NCBI GenBank assembly: GCA_964036045.1
Contig: OZ038378.1
Location: forward strand, 173,724,001 to 173,788,000
Direction: 5' to 3'
Origin: Eutreptiella sp. 'Long Island Sound 2002'
Lineage: Eukaryota > Protista > Euglenida
DNA: 64,000 nt
The translations under genes and the position numbers were made by a program. Shown piece by piece: positions 34,500 to 46,711 of the stretch; position 1 is the first letter of the stretch; each line of letters opens with the position of its first letter. The notes beneath the pieces are model-generated. The model worked only from the letters and a program-made list of their open reading frames with translations. It was not told the origin of the DNA and did not search any database.

Positions 34500-36120
34500 G
34501 CAGTTCCACATTTTTTTTTGCACTGGGCAATTTTGGAGGGAGGTGAGCATTTGCACCTTACAGCTGGGGAAATGACAAAAAGGACAAGGAAATTGATCGC
34601 TCTTCTGTTTGGAGCCCTGGTACCTGCTTTCAAAGCAAGCAACATGCTGGTTTTGACATTTGGCTATTTGGCTGCCACCGATGTCAGCAAGAGAGTGAGG
34701 ATATTTCAATTGACTGTTGGCTGTTGGCAGAATATGATAGATAGCTTTGCGCAGCCTGTGTCGGGTATGTATGTGTTTGTTAGTTGTAGAGACCAGCAGT
34801 TTCCAGCACCGTTCACTATGCACCGTGCACCCCCCTCTCAGCGTGCGCAGGGGCTGGCCCAATGATGTGATGTGTGATTAGCATTCAAACACATGGAGTG
34901 TCACATGCATGAGGGACATCCAAGCATGTGGAAGGTCTGATGTAATGCATCAAAAGAACGATGTTGAAATGTTGGAGTTTCATATTGCCCATGAATCAAT
35001 GAAACGGTCTCCAGTTTTGCTCTTGTAGCCCCAAAACTCCTGCTGGCTCCGTTACTCAAATCCATGGGAATTTATGTAGTAGCATTTTGGGCACATCTTT
35101 GCAGTTCAATGCTGTTATTGTCTTTGTGCGCATTGATCGGGACATGTGCATTTGTCTCATAGTATTTTTGTAGCACACAAGAGGAGAGCACCCCACTCTG
35201 AGAGGTGAATCACAAAAGGTCACCATCATCGTTCATCGTTTTCAGTCAGCCAAATGCAGGCGGAGCCGTTATTCAAACTGAACATCTGTTTGATGGGAAG
35301 CTGCAGAAGATCATCGAGACCATGGTCAACCAAAGTTATGTTGTCCGGAAGCCTGCGCTGCATGTGAACCCCGCCCAAGTTGATCCATCTGGGGCCGCAG
35401 CCCCTGCCATTTCAGCAAATTCAACATCTGCAATCACCAAAATTGCCTAAGCACTCGTGTGGACGTGATTGCAGTTTTTTGTGCCTTCTTGCAACTAGGA
35501 GCAGAACATACACCGCTTTCAGAAGGAAGAGTGGTATCAATGAAGAAAATGAGCGCAGTGTGGATCTCTGTTGCGGGCTTTGAGGGGATGCAAGGGTGAA
35601 TGATTGTCTTCTGAGATCCTACATTCAGAAACAGGACTGGGTGATGTGGTGAATGGTGTATCTCTCACAGGTGTTAGTGGGACTATATATGTGGCAGCAG
35701 AATCTTGATACTGTTCTGAGCTTTTGAAGGAGCTTGCTCCTGTTGTGTTTGTGAGGAATTTCCACAGATGCAAGTGTTTTCACACACAACACATGCAATT
35801 GTACGCAGCATCGTGGCTAGCATCATGGTTGAAGGAAAGTTGTGGATCCCACATCTTAATTGGACAGGAGTTGGGCGAGCTTTGGGGTGTATACGCTATT
35901 ATTACGTCGAATTTCTTTGGCTAACAATCTGCGGGCAGTTGTTGTTGGCGCAGCTGATGTGGTTGAAAAGAATTGTCAGCTTTCCTTGAGAGCTCTTTGG
36001 ACGGTGTTGCCTACATGCACTGGCTTTGCATGTGCAATGTCCAGGGGAGAAAGATGCGGGCGCTCAGGAACGAAAAATTCCGTCACACATTACTTTTATA
36101 GCTGGAACATTGTGTTGTGG
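34500..36120 (+). pseudogene. Possible degenerate SF2 (RecQ/DEAH-like) helicase remnant
   Basis: Frameshifted fragments in helicase order: TAG(K), MLVLTFGYLAATD (Ia-like), FIVFS (IV-like), NLRAVVVG (V-like), GERCGRSG (VI-like). No clean DExH. Confidence 0.25.
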
Positions 36121-38165
36121 TTCAAAAGGGATGCTGCCCTGATCCATCACGTATACCAACAGATGCATGTGGTGGAGCGTCGTCTTCTGTGTGCTAGGCT
36201 AGGGTTTTGGGTAAGTAAACAGTCTTTGCATGCAATAGTGGCTGACTGATTGAGGGACACAGGGGCAGGGGCTGCATTTTGCCATCATTTGCCCTCTCCA
36301 ACAGCCCCCAGGCAGGCTTTACACTGAGCATCCACGGGCAAAGTGGTCTTCAAGGAGATGGTCTCTTTCTTTTGAAATAAGCACCCTACATCTTCTACAA
36401 ACAGCAAAAACTATCATTTGCTCTGCTAACATTTGTTTCACCCTGAATGTTCATATCCATCCCTTGCAGATTAATTTTGTTGTTTAGAGGGGCCTATAGG
36501 CTGCTTTTCCCATCGAGTTTACCCATTCCATCCATTAGTAGTAATATTCACAGAGAACGCTGAGAACAATTTTGTCCCCACTCCCCTTCACAGCCGGTGA
36601 CCAGAATAGCAGACCAAGGCTCTCTTCATTTCTGGACATGACGGAGGATTTCCAAAAGCGCCAAGTGGATTGCCTGCCATGTCAGGGCATTTGGAGAGCA
36701 TGCATTTGCCCTGGAAAAGGCATAGTGCGGCTGAGCGTCCAGCACTAGGAGCTGGTTGCTGAATCAAGGGTGCATTGGACGGAGGCTATTCTGTGGAGAC
36801 AGTGGCCAAGGCACAATATGCTCAGCTGGTGTTGCCTCTGGAGCCTGAGCATAAATTTCGGATCTGATGGTTGCATGGGAGGGGTCAGTTCACGGTTTGA
36901 TCCAGCAAGTGGGAGGTTCTGCAAGAGGGTATATAGGCCCGTACACGAGAGAAGGGTGAGGCTTCCAAAAGGACGAGGGAATTGGAGAAGAAAGTTTAGT
37001 GTATGGAGTAGTAACTAGTTTTGCCGGAAACCAAGGCGTCAAAGGTTGGTAAGTGTTTTGATTTCTCAAATGAGCCATTGACTTAGGAGGCCTTTGCGGA
37101 ATTTCACGAGAACATGAGGGTTTTCACTGAGTGGATGGTGGCCATTTTGGGATTGCTCACTGATGATGTGGCGGAGAACATCACCACTTATTTGTGGCTG
37201 TGGAGGATTTTTGGAAGCTGGTTGTGCAGTCCCAAGCCAAGTACAAGTAGAAGTACAAACAAGGATTAACCCAAAAAGTGCACCAAAACAGTTCCCTCAA
37301 CCGATATTTGCAAAAAACTTTGACTCCAACATTTGTGACTCAAAATGGCCCCCATGTTGCAACGATAAAGTTGAGTCGTCCACCCCCCCCCCCCCCAGCT
37401 CCACTGCCCTCCCTAGCCACTGGGTCGTAGGGCCCACACCCATAGGGGGTCGCAAAGTAGGCAGTTGCCTACACAGTTGGCCGTTGGGCAGTGACATCAA
37501 CCATGTACTGCCCATGAGTAGGTAAGTTCTAGCACCCGGTGTAGGAGCCTGGGTCACAATTGTGAGACTCTTGCCACCATCCTCTAGTGAGACCTCTTAT
37601 TGTGTGCTTCCGACGAGTGGGTCGCCGTGCGGCTTGTTCCTTGCCGCAGTCCTCCAGCAGGCTCTCTTCTTGCACACTTTCGGGGTCTTGCTACTGTGCG
37701 TGGGGTCTTTTCCTTGGTGACTCCAGCTGTACTCCTTGATACGACACACAGCTCCAAATCTGATCTCCAAATCTACATTCTGCTACACGGTTCGTACCTT
37801 GCTCTTTCACTACATGCTCTTTCCCTCTCTCTCCTCCCTTTCTCTCTCCATACTCCTTCCCTTGTTGGTGTCGCTTCTGTGGACAGCGAGCGGGTCCTGC
37901 TTGAAGGACCTAACCCGAGGTGTTTCAGACCTCAAAGCTTGGGATGGAGCATGCTGCTCTCTCCACCCCCTAGTAAATGTGTGTGTGGTGACCGTCAATG
38001 GTTTGGTTGTGTGGAGGAGCCATCAGGGCAATCATTTTGTAGAAACAGGTGCAAAAATTCCTCACAATGTGCCAACCTCAGGGTCGATAGACCAACAAAG
38101 GGGGACTAGGGCAAAGTTTATCATGTACATGAAACAACTACATCACTTTGGTCAACTGTCGCTCA

Positions 38166-40465
38166 GGGGGGGGGGGGGTTCTTCTGAAGATGATAGCAGT
38201 GGGGTTTTTACACAACCCCCCCTTTTTGGGGGGGTGAAGGGTTTGCTTAGTCCACCGTACCCCTCCGGTTGGCCCTTGAAACCAAGGTGGTCCTTTATGA
38301 ACCAAATTTTTGTTTTTAAGAACCGCCGTTGAGGGCCGGCTGTCCCCGTGTTGCGAACCTCCGAGAAAGTAGGGGTTATGTGGCCCTTCCGCCCATATGT
38401 GGTCCCCCAAGAATGCAAGGGTGAAGTAGCTACTTGTGATTTTGTGCCCTTTTGCCCCCCCCCCCCCCCCGAGAAGGCAAGGGTTATGTAGCCATTCCGC
38501 CCATTTTTGGGCCCCCACAGTCCTTCAATCTTGTGGAATATTGAGGAAACCGGGCCAATTGTGGTTTTGCCTTCCGGTGCTATTGAGGATAGATTTTTCC
38601 TCCACGTTGGAGGCCTTTTAAGTTGGGGTGATGGACTCCCATGCTTTGGCGTGGCCCATCAAGTTGGGGTGATGGACTCCCACGCTTTTGCGTGGCCCCT
38701 CGAGTTGGGGTGATGGACTCCCACACTTTGACGTCGCCCCTCAAGTTGGGGTGAGTATTGCCCTGTGATTGTTGCGGAGCTATGCGCTAGAGTCAAGGCT
38801 TGCGACTTGCGGCCTGCAGATGATGTACGATGTTGCCTCTTTTGTGATGAGGCAGTGCCCCTACGCATAATGTTGGCCCATATGGCGGACCACATTGCCA
38901 AACGTGAAGCCATGCGTGATGTGCGAGATGATGGACACGCGGAGCCATGTGGCTTTTGTGGTCGTTCCATTAGGACCTACGAAACCACGCTGAATGGGAC
39001 AAAGGTGTGCACCAACTGCCCATACCGGTACAACTTCAAGTACAAGAAAGCATTGGAGAAGAAGCCCAATGTACCGAGGAAGTGTCCGGTACCCATATGC
39101 CTTGCTTCCCCACTCACATTGAATATCCCGCTTCACCTGCAACTTGTGCATCTAGGCTTGGACCCGAAACAATTGATGTAGGTGCTTGGATTGTGGAGAA
39201 GCATAGTGCCCGGTATGTTCGGAAGACAAAGGCGGAGAAGAGAAAAAGTTCATCGGAGTACCATTCATGTGGAGCAGCAAGTGCGGGAAGGCACGGGACA
39301 TGCCACAACCACCAGTGATGAAGGAGGGGGCAAATATGGGACACAACGACGTCGTGCAAGTGAGGCCGATGAAGGATGGTGTCCGGAGCCTTGCAAGTCC
39401 GATGAGTCAGACGGGTCTGACACGGATAGTTCGTCAACAACCAGTTCTAGCAGTACTGGAACATCCTCATTCTTCGTGAGTTCCGAAGGTAGCAGTTCGC
39501 ACGGCAGTACCAAAATGGTGGACGTGATGGGACACAAGGAAGTGTGCAAAAAGAGTGCCAAGTAAGCCCATGGGCAAGCCAATCAGCCTAAACATGGGAA
39601 GAGGGCGTTTGTAGCAGCAATGGCAGCTTCATCCACATCAATGGCACAAAAGCGACAAGGAGCAAAACAGAAGTCGAGTAGCGAATCCAAAAGGCAGCAG
39701 AAGTAGACAAATTCTTGAGGTGCAGTAGCAAGTGCATAAGACGTTGCGCTATGGCAGGGGGCTTGGGACAAATGTTGTTTGATATGTGCGTTGAAGAAAT
39801 GGAGATTGAAGGGAAAGTGGTAGATGTGTCTATCCCCTAGGTAGTTTTTCTTTCAAGTACAAAGTGCATGTGTCAAGTAGTAACGCGTAGTGCCGCGAGA
39901 CACACAATAACACATAACCATAGTGTGACAAACGATGTATTTTTGCACAAATGAAGTTCCGGGATTGGGCACCCCGTGCAACACGAAACAACACCATGAC
40001 ATTGGTGAGGAGGTAGAGTGGAGGCCTCCATTGTTGTATGCTAACCCTTCATGCCACCGCGTCCCTACCACACTTGAGATGTGAAATAGTAACATCAACT
40101 AAACGTGCCAAGGTCCATCACTTTTGAAGCAAAACACCCCCAAATTTCCTTTTGCATGCCCAAAAAATGGACAAATACACACTTATGCACGTCCAAGGTG
40201 ACCCCCCGTGGCACGTTTTGCAAAAACTCACTTGCGTGCAAAAGGGGTAAAATTGTAGTTCCACAGGAACAAAAGTTCCATTGTGCAGAAGAAGTGCACA
40301 ACCCATCTTGTGTGCTCTTGACCGCATGGCTTGACGCATCAGTGACAGTGGGGACGCAGTGCGCTCGCGCTACACCGACTACGGAACCCCCCCACTTTTT
40401 TTCATGTGGCCAATCTTAGGCAAAACCCTGTGACTTCATATTTCGCAGAACCCCCCCCCCCCCCC
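38166..40465 (+). mobile_element. ~2.3-kb GGG-terminal TIR element
   Basis: (G)nTTCTTCTGAAGATGA ... TCATATTTCGCAGAA(C)n imperfect TIR. Internal 41-bp repeats (38610-38750) shared with 15930-16000. Encodes a Cys/His-rich ORF. Confidence 0.6.
38765..39181 (+). CDS. Cys/His-rich zinc-finger ORF (probably a fragment of a transposon protein)
   Basis: CLFC...HMADH...PCGFCGR...CTNCPY.YNFKY..A...PNVPRKCP..C...H...H. Followed out of frame by S/D-rich and basic low-complexity coding-like sequence to ~39760. Confidence 0.5.
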   Translation: MIVAELCARVKACDLRPADDVRCCLFCDEAVPLRIMLAHMADHIAKREAMRDVRDDGHAEPCGFCGRSIRTYETTLNGTKVCTNCPYRYNFKYKKALEKKPNVPRKCPVPICLASPLTLNIPLHLQLVHLGLDPKQLM

Positions 40466-40949
40466 ATGCTGTCGCTGCTACAACCCCAGCTTGAGGGTGT
40501 GGGGGCCTTGAAAACCTGGTGATTCGGCCAAACACCGGTTTAGTGCCTTTTGAGCTTGGTTGTACACATTGATGTCCCCAAGAAATGGGCTGATATGGCT
40601 TGAGGGCAGCCCTTTAATGGCCACATAGGGTGAAAAAACACAGAAGAGGGTGTCAAACACTCACATGCAAAGCAAGTTTTAGCCTCTTCATATGTATTTT
40701 CACCCTATTTGGCCAATGGGTGCTAGAGCCAGAGGGGTGGGGCAAAGGTATGGTGAACAAACTGCTTCATCAATTTTTAGCCTCAACAGCTCGAAAATCA
40801 AGAATTCCACGGGCTAACTAAATTTGATGAGTCTTCAACAATCAAGTATTGGATATTATTTTAGAGGAAGTTGGATTAGTGGGGAGTTGTAGGTTTGTCT
40901 TTGTTCACAAAAGTCTGCTGTTGTCAGTTGGTTACAGAGGGCTTTGTCT

Positions 40950-41420
40950 GGATGTTGAAGAAACCCCAGAAATCACTGTTTGCACTGAACACAGAACCTA
41001 ACCTTGCTTGAACCATTTCCAGTACTATTACAAATTTATAACAAGGGCTGTAAGACGCCGTGAATTGTCGGAGCAAGTGCAAAATTTGTTGAGTTTTTAC
41101 ATGCTATATAGTACAAGCAGGGACAAACGTTAGATGCCATTTAGCATGGAGTTGCTGGGAGCAGCTTGGATGTGCATGTTGCTGAAGGTGCCATGTACAA
41201 AGAGACAACATGAAGACAGATTGTAACAGTCTCCAGTCGCACGCGGTAGGATGGCATCAGCTTACCAGCCTTCCTTGGCTTGGATTTTTGCTTCGCGCGG
41301 TTGTGTCTGCTTCACAAATGATTTATAGTGCAGATGTTATGTATTTGTGCTGTGCAGTGCCTCACTGATGCAATGGTACCTCGCTTTTAGGTCCGCATTT
41401 TGCAGCTTCGCTCGTTTCCA
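40950..41420 (-). pseudogene. Second degenerate hAT-like transposase remnant
   Basis: ARYHCISEAL (TRW.S-like) followed by HPTACDWRLLQSV (PTxxDW-like) on the minus strand; stops and frameshifts. Confidence 0.35.
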
Positions 41421-42569
41421 GCTTCTTCTTGGCATTGATATATTGCACATTTTGTGACTGTCACTGTTGAATTGTAACCAAAGCCTCTGAAACTCAATGC
41501 TGAAAGGATTTCATTGCAATGCTTTTCGTTTGCACCTTCTTGCAGGTTCCAAGGTTGCATTGAACCACATAAGTTTTGATCAGCGTACGTAGCACCTTTT
41601 CGCTATGCATTGGTGTTCCAAGCAGAGTTCCACTCGGGATTTCAAGGCGAAATTTTGCCTGGCATCTTGAGAGTCGTCATGTCCAGCAGGTAATTTTGCC
41701 TCGCACTCCAAGGCGAAATTTCGCTTGGAATCTCTGAGGGGGTTGTCAAATTGTAGTGTGCGACCCATCAGAATGGCACTTGCATTCCCTGCATGCAGTT
41801 GTGCATGCAGTGCATGCAGTCATGCAGTTGTGTTGTGTACCATTGGGGGGCTAAAAAACGGTTGTCAAAAGGGATTGTTTGTCACTTAAGTGTGCCTTTC
41901 GGCGACAATAAATTGATGTTGTCCCCAAACATGAATACAAAGTGGAGGTATTTTTGCCTATTTTGAAACGATTTTTTTAAGGAAAAACGTCTCCACAGGT
42001 TGCAGCCCCAAAATTTAAAAGGATTCCAATTAACCCTTCAGTGATGACATGCTGGAGCAGGGATGGTTGACATCCACTGAACCGGGCATGCAATTTTGGC
42101 ACCAGTCCTGAGGGGAGTCGGGGACCATTGTGCACACCAGGGGGGGGGGGGGTCCAAGACGTCAGTGTACAAGCCCATAGTTTCAGCGTCCCTCCCTTTG
42201 GACCCTCGCTCTCACTGCAAGTGTTGGGGTCCAGACATGAATTTCAGGGCTCCGTAGGTCAGTGGGTGGACATCATGTGGTAAAGGAGGGGGGGGGAGGG
42301 GTATCCTTCTGCAGAGGTTGGCTGCTTGCCACAAGTCCCACGGGCGCCCCGTGCCATGCCCGTTGCTTTGTGAAGAGGGAGGGCGGGGGGGTGGCATTTG
42401 TGTCGGTGAGAATGGAATGTCTTTCCCGCTGCTGGACATACGGCATCACTGCCCCCGTGGCGTCCGCCAGCGCTGGCAGGCTTCACAGTAAAGGGAAGCA
42501 GATGCAGGGTGAATGAGCCGTGCTCTGGTGCAGATTTGCGCCATCCGCTTTTTCAGTGTTCTGTTGCAA

Positions 42570-42983
42570 ATGAGCGCACAGAAGCTGACCCAAAAAGAGC
42601 GCTGGCTCAAGATGATCCACCGGCGGTTCCAGAAGTGGTTCAACGTTGGCGGCGACGAGCGCTGGATCTACACGGACCCCGCGAACTTCTGGTGGGGCTC
42701 GGAGGGGGGCCTAGCCCCGGCGCGTGAGGAGCGGCACTTCTTCCCCAGCTACTACCAGCGGGATATCCGGCGCCTGAAGCGGAAGACCTTCATCCTCAAC
42801 CGGCCCATGATCAAAGAGCACATGCTGCCCCTCCCGAAGGGGACCGTGCCCCCTCGGCCCCATCTGGTTGGCATGGCCGACACCCGGCCCTTCTGGTGGC
42901 AGAACCACCCGCAGGACAAGGGCGACCGGACCATGATCTATCAGCCCCGCGCGGAAGACGCCATCCAGAACTACCCGCGGTAA
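42570..42983 (+). CDS. NDUFA7: Intronless 137-aa protein, mitochondrial complex I subunit NDUFA7 (B14.5a)-like
   Basis: Strong GC3 bias; TGGTGCAG acceptor (ends ~42531) upstream. FPSYYQRDIRR resembles the conserved YY/YW-x-RD-x-RR motif of NDUFA7/fungal NUZM; size fits. The gene is well supported, the identity only moderately. Confidence 0.6.
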   Translation: MSAQKLTQKERWLKMIHRRFQKWFNVGGDERWIYTDPANFWWGSEGGLAPAREERHFFPSYYQRDIRRLKRKTFILNRPMIKEHMLPLPKGTVPPRPHLVGMADTRPFWWQNHPQDKGDRTMIYQPRAEDAIQNYPR

Positions 42984-45900
42984 AGGGTCACCCCAGGCAC
43001 GTGCCAGCCAGTCTGGTCATGTGATGGCCAGGCCAGGCCAGTGCCGTGCGTATGTGGACGAGTTAGCTGGTGGTGGGTACGGGCAGAGGAGAGTTTGTGT
43101 GCAGGGTGACACACGAGGGCAAGAGCTTGAGGGTAGATGTGAGGGTTGGGTTGAGTGAGATGGGATTGCTTGCTCAAAAGTTTGCGGCTCATAGTGCTCA
43201 CTGGCTGCTGTCATAAGTCAAGGCATCCAACGCACAGCTGCTGGTGTGCAGCCACTGGCTCACAGACAACTGCTGATTGCGAAACCCAATCTGCTGGAGG
43301 TGGGGTATATATGTGTTGAAAAACCCGGCTGCACCCGTTTTGACTCTATTGTCACCGCAATGGTGGGTGCGTTTGACGTTCCTGATTGGGGTTGGAGTTG
43401 TGGCAAAGTGCTCGACGTCGCAAGCCAAAGTTGTGCAAGATATGTAGTGGATTCGGGCCTCCATTGAGCATGGATTTCATGATTCGTGCCCTGCAGGCAT
43501 GGTCCCATCATGGCCAGTCGGTATTCTATGAAACTTGTAAAGGATTGATGCGATTGGAATTGATTCGATTCATTGTTCTTGGATTCTTTTGCATTGTGTT
43601 GCGATTTCCATGGTGCTGTGTTGTGCTGAGCTGAGCTGAGCTATGACAAAAAAAAATGCTGTGTTGCAGTGTTGTATTGTGTCTTGCTGTGTTGGCTTTG
43701 GTCTTCGTGTTTGTTTTTGTGCCTCGTTAGTATTTGTGTTCGTGTTTGTAATTGTGTTGTATTTGTGTTGTATTTGTGATGTATCGCATTTTGTGGGGGG
43801 TGGTCCCAAGGTGGGATCTCAGTAGTGCTGGTGGTGACTACTGATGATTTCGTTGGGGCCTGCCTTACTGTGTGTGTATACACCTATCCATCAGGGTGAT
43901 CCTCGATCCTCGGAGGATTGAAAGGATTGGCATTACCGAAGCAGATGAGTGTCCAATTTTCCTTCTGTGCACTGTATCACACACTAGGATAGGGTTGCAA
44001 CGCTTGCCCATCACGGCCCTCTTAGCCTGTTAAAAAAAAAACCCTTTATTTCGCTCCAATTGCTGGTAGCCCCATACGACGCAGAATTGCATTACTGTTC
44101 GGCTGTGTGCATTACACGCAGGAAAATCCACGCTTTTTTTTTTTGCTCCCGGAGGCTCTTCCTCCTCAGGAAATTCAACTCAGAATTTCCCTCCCAAGTG
44201 AGAAGCCGAGGAGTCCACCTGATTTTAAACAGGTGCCCTTCCCCGCAATGAAACGCACTGCTGACCCATTGGTCCGTTATTACGGTGTGCTGCTCACAAG
44301 GGCTGAGGGGACTATTTGCAAACTGCTTAAAAAGACTGGTGCAACAGGCACTAGGCATTGTGTAGCATTGGAGGAGTTTATGCTTGCTTGCCCAAGGCTG
44401 AGACTCAGGCTTGGAACTGGGTTTTTGGGTATCGCCAATATCTGGTACCTCATCGAACCAAAGCAACAACCGGTTTTTTTTTTGCGACCAAAAACCAATA
44501 GTTGGTTCTATTTTTATTTTTTTTTGCAAAATGGCAAGGAAGGGCAATTAGATTTGAAAATGGGTTTCCAGTTCTAATATTGTGCCCATCACTGGTACAG
44601 ATCGAAATCCGGTTTTCAGCCAATCAACCTGTTTGGCATGAGCAACATTACCTAACCAATCAGAGATTTCACGTTTGTGAAAAGGGCAATACCCAGTAAA
44701 CAAAATTTTGCTACAATGAGTGGTTTCAGATTGTATAAAAGATGACAAGCCCTGGCCCAGCCCGCTTAAGGGCTGTGATAGACGACAGGATCTTCATCCA
44801 GGGGAAGACTCTGCCATCGGTGAGAACCCAAGCATCTGGCGAGAGATGGTGGGGCATGGGTGAGAGATTAGGGGCTGTGCTAGAGGATGCGGTGGGTGGT
44901 ATTTCGGAGAATTGGTCACGCTCTGCAGTCACAACTACAAGGGATGTAGCTCACCACCCTTGCATAAAGTGGGCTGGAGAGTGCAGGTGATTGGCAGAGG
45001 GGGTGAGCCTCCTCTCCATAACCCTCGGAATGTTGGCCTGGAAGTGCAACAATGAGGGTAGATTGTGCACACTATCCCAGGGCTCTTGTGTGGGGGGCCG
45101 CTGACGCGAAAAAAGGCACATCCTGCCACATCCAGCGCAGCACCAGCACACCAACCACTGGGCTCCGTGAATGCGAAAACGACACCAACAGGAGCACCGG
45201 CCACAGCGGCCGACAGAAAGCACAAACCCGACGCAACATGCGAAGGGAAGAACGGGTGACTGTCCAGGGACCCATAAAGAAACAACAACCAGACGGAATG
45301 TCACACAGGGGGGGCACATCCAACCCTAGCTTAATCCATGCGGGACCTGCGGGAATACCGCCTGCAAGCTTTTGCATGACACATGCCAAGCAGGGGGACC
45401 TGAGTAATTGTTTTTCTGGGAATTTCGGAGTGAGGTCTCCAGTGGGGGAAGGTTTGGGAAAGCAGCGGACGGTGGCGGGGCAATGATCACATTTTCTGTG
45501 ATACATTGTGGCACTTACAACATGCTGACATTGTTTACACTTAGCACATTGTGGATCCTTGTAGCAGGCAGCGTCTGCAAAGTGTGTTCCATCATCCCCA
45601 TGCATATGGGTAAGCGTTGTTCTTGGACCATTGTAATGAAGTCAGCCTTGAGCCCCAGTCATTGATAGTGTCTCTTCGAGGCCCCTAGGAATCCGCCCAG
45701 CCAGGGGCATGCGCCCTTGGAACGCGCAGCTTAGGGTGCAACCCCTGGAAATCCGCCCCACCAGAGGCACACACCCTTGGAAATCCACTCAGTCAGGGGC
45801 ACGTGCACCTTGAACTTTGGAAAGATGGCATGACGAACGTTGACGAATGTACACGATTGAGGGGGGATATGGTGCTAAAAGATAGTCGAAAAATGGCGAA

Positions 45901-46637
45901 AACATCCAAAAATCAGCACCAATACCTGCAAAATGACTATGTTCACATGTCAAAAACATGGGCATAGAGTTGCAAATAAATTCGAACTCATGCATTTCGG
46001 AATAGTAAAGCTGCTTATGTCGAAACTTTTTCGAGAGTCGCCACACCTTGGTATGTCCTGAAAACTGCAGCGTGCAGGGGAGGGAAAAGTTCGCCCGGGG
46101 AAGTTTTGCTGTGGAGAAAGTTGCAAAATGTTCCTCTGTCCAGGTTCCACCCAAGCCTCATCCCAGCCTTACCAGAGCTCATTCTCCCAGCTGATGGCGA
46201 AGTGTGGGCGAAGGCACCACGTGCTCCCCAGTTTGGAGCACATGGCATTCTGGGCTTTCAGGATTTTAGGAGTGACGAATTTTTCCCGCCAACCATGTCC
46301 AAGTGGTGCGGTCATGTAATTCATTTGTGTCTTTTCCCTTTCGTCTAATGGATATATTTGTTTGTCCTGGGATATTGTAGTGTGATTGCATGCTCAGGTG
46401 CTGATGTTTGCAGCGTGCTCGCTTCGTGCATGTGTGCACTCAATGTCCCCACAAATGTGAACCCTTCACACAGAGGAAGGCTGAAACTGTAGACAGCACA
46501 GCATGTGTTTGCCAGCTGAAAAGTTGGCATATATAACAGGAGACGTCTTTTAGTAGCATCACATATTCCACAAAGACTGCATGGGTTCGGGATGCATTTC
46601 ATGGTCTCGTGGTGCATGCGATGCATATGTACTGCTT

Positions 46638-46662
46638 CACACACACACACACACACACACAC
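46638..46662. repeat. (CA)n microsatellite abutting the SL copy
   Basis: About 12 CA units. Confidence 0.95.
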
Positions 46663-46663
46663 C

Positions 46664-46688
46664 CTTTCTGAGTGTCTATTTTTTTTCG
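46664..46688 (+). other. Genomic copy of the euglenid spliced-leader exon fused to a 5' UTR
   Basis: CTTTCTGAGTGTCTATTTTTTTTCG equals nt 2-26 of the Euglena SL as I recall it (ACTTTCTGAGTGTCTATTTTTTTTCG). It is followed by GGTGCA.., not a GT donor, and lies 23 nt before an ATG. Confidence 0.9.
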
Positions 46689-46711
46689 GGTGCACCCGAT
46701 TGTGGATAGTA

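Noticed and set aside
44935-45605. Cys-rich ORFs at 45 kb as a zinc-finger gene
   Set aside because: Several overlapping frames of similar length, no splice or codon-bias support and no recognisable family.
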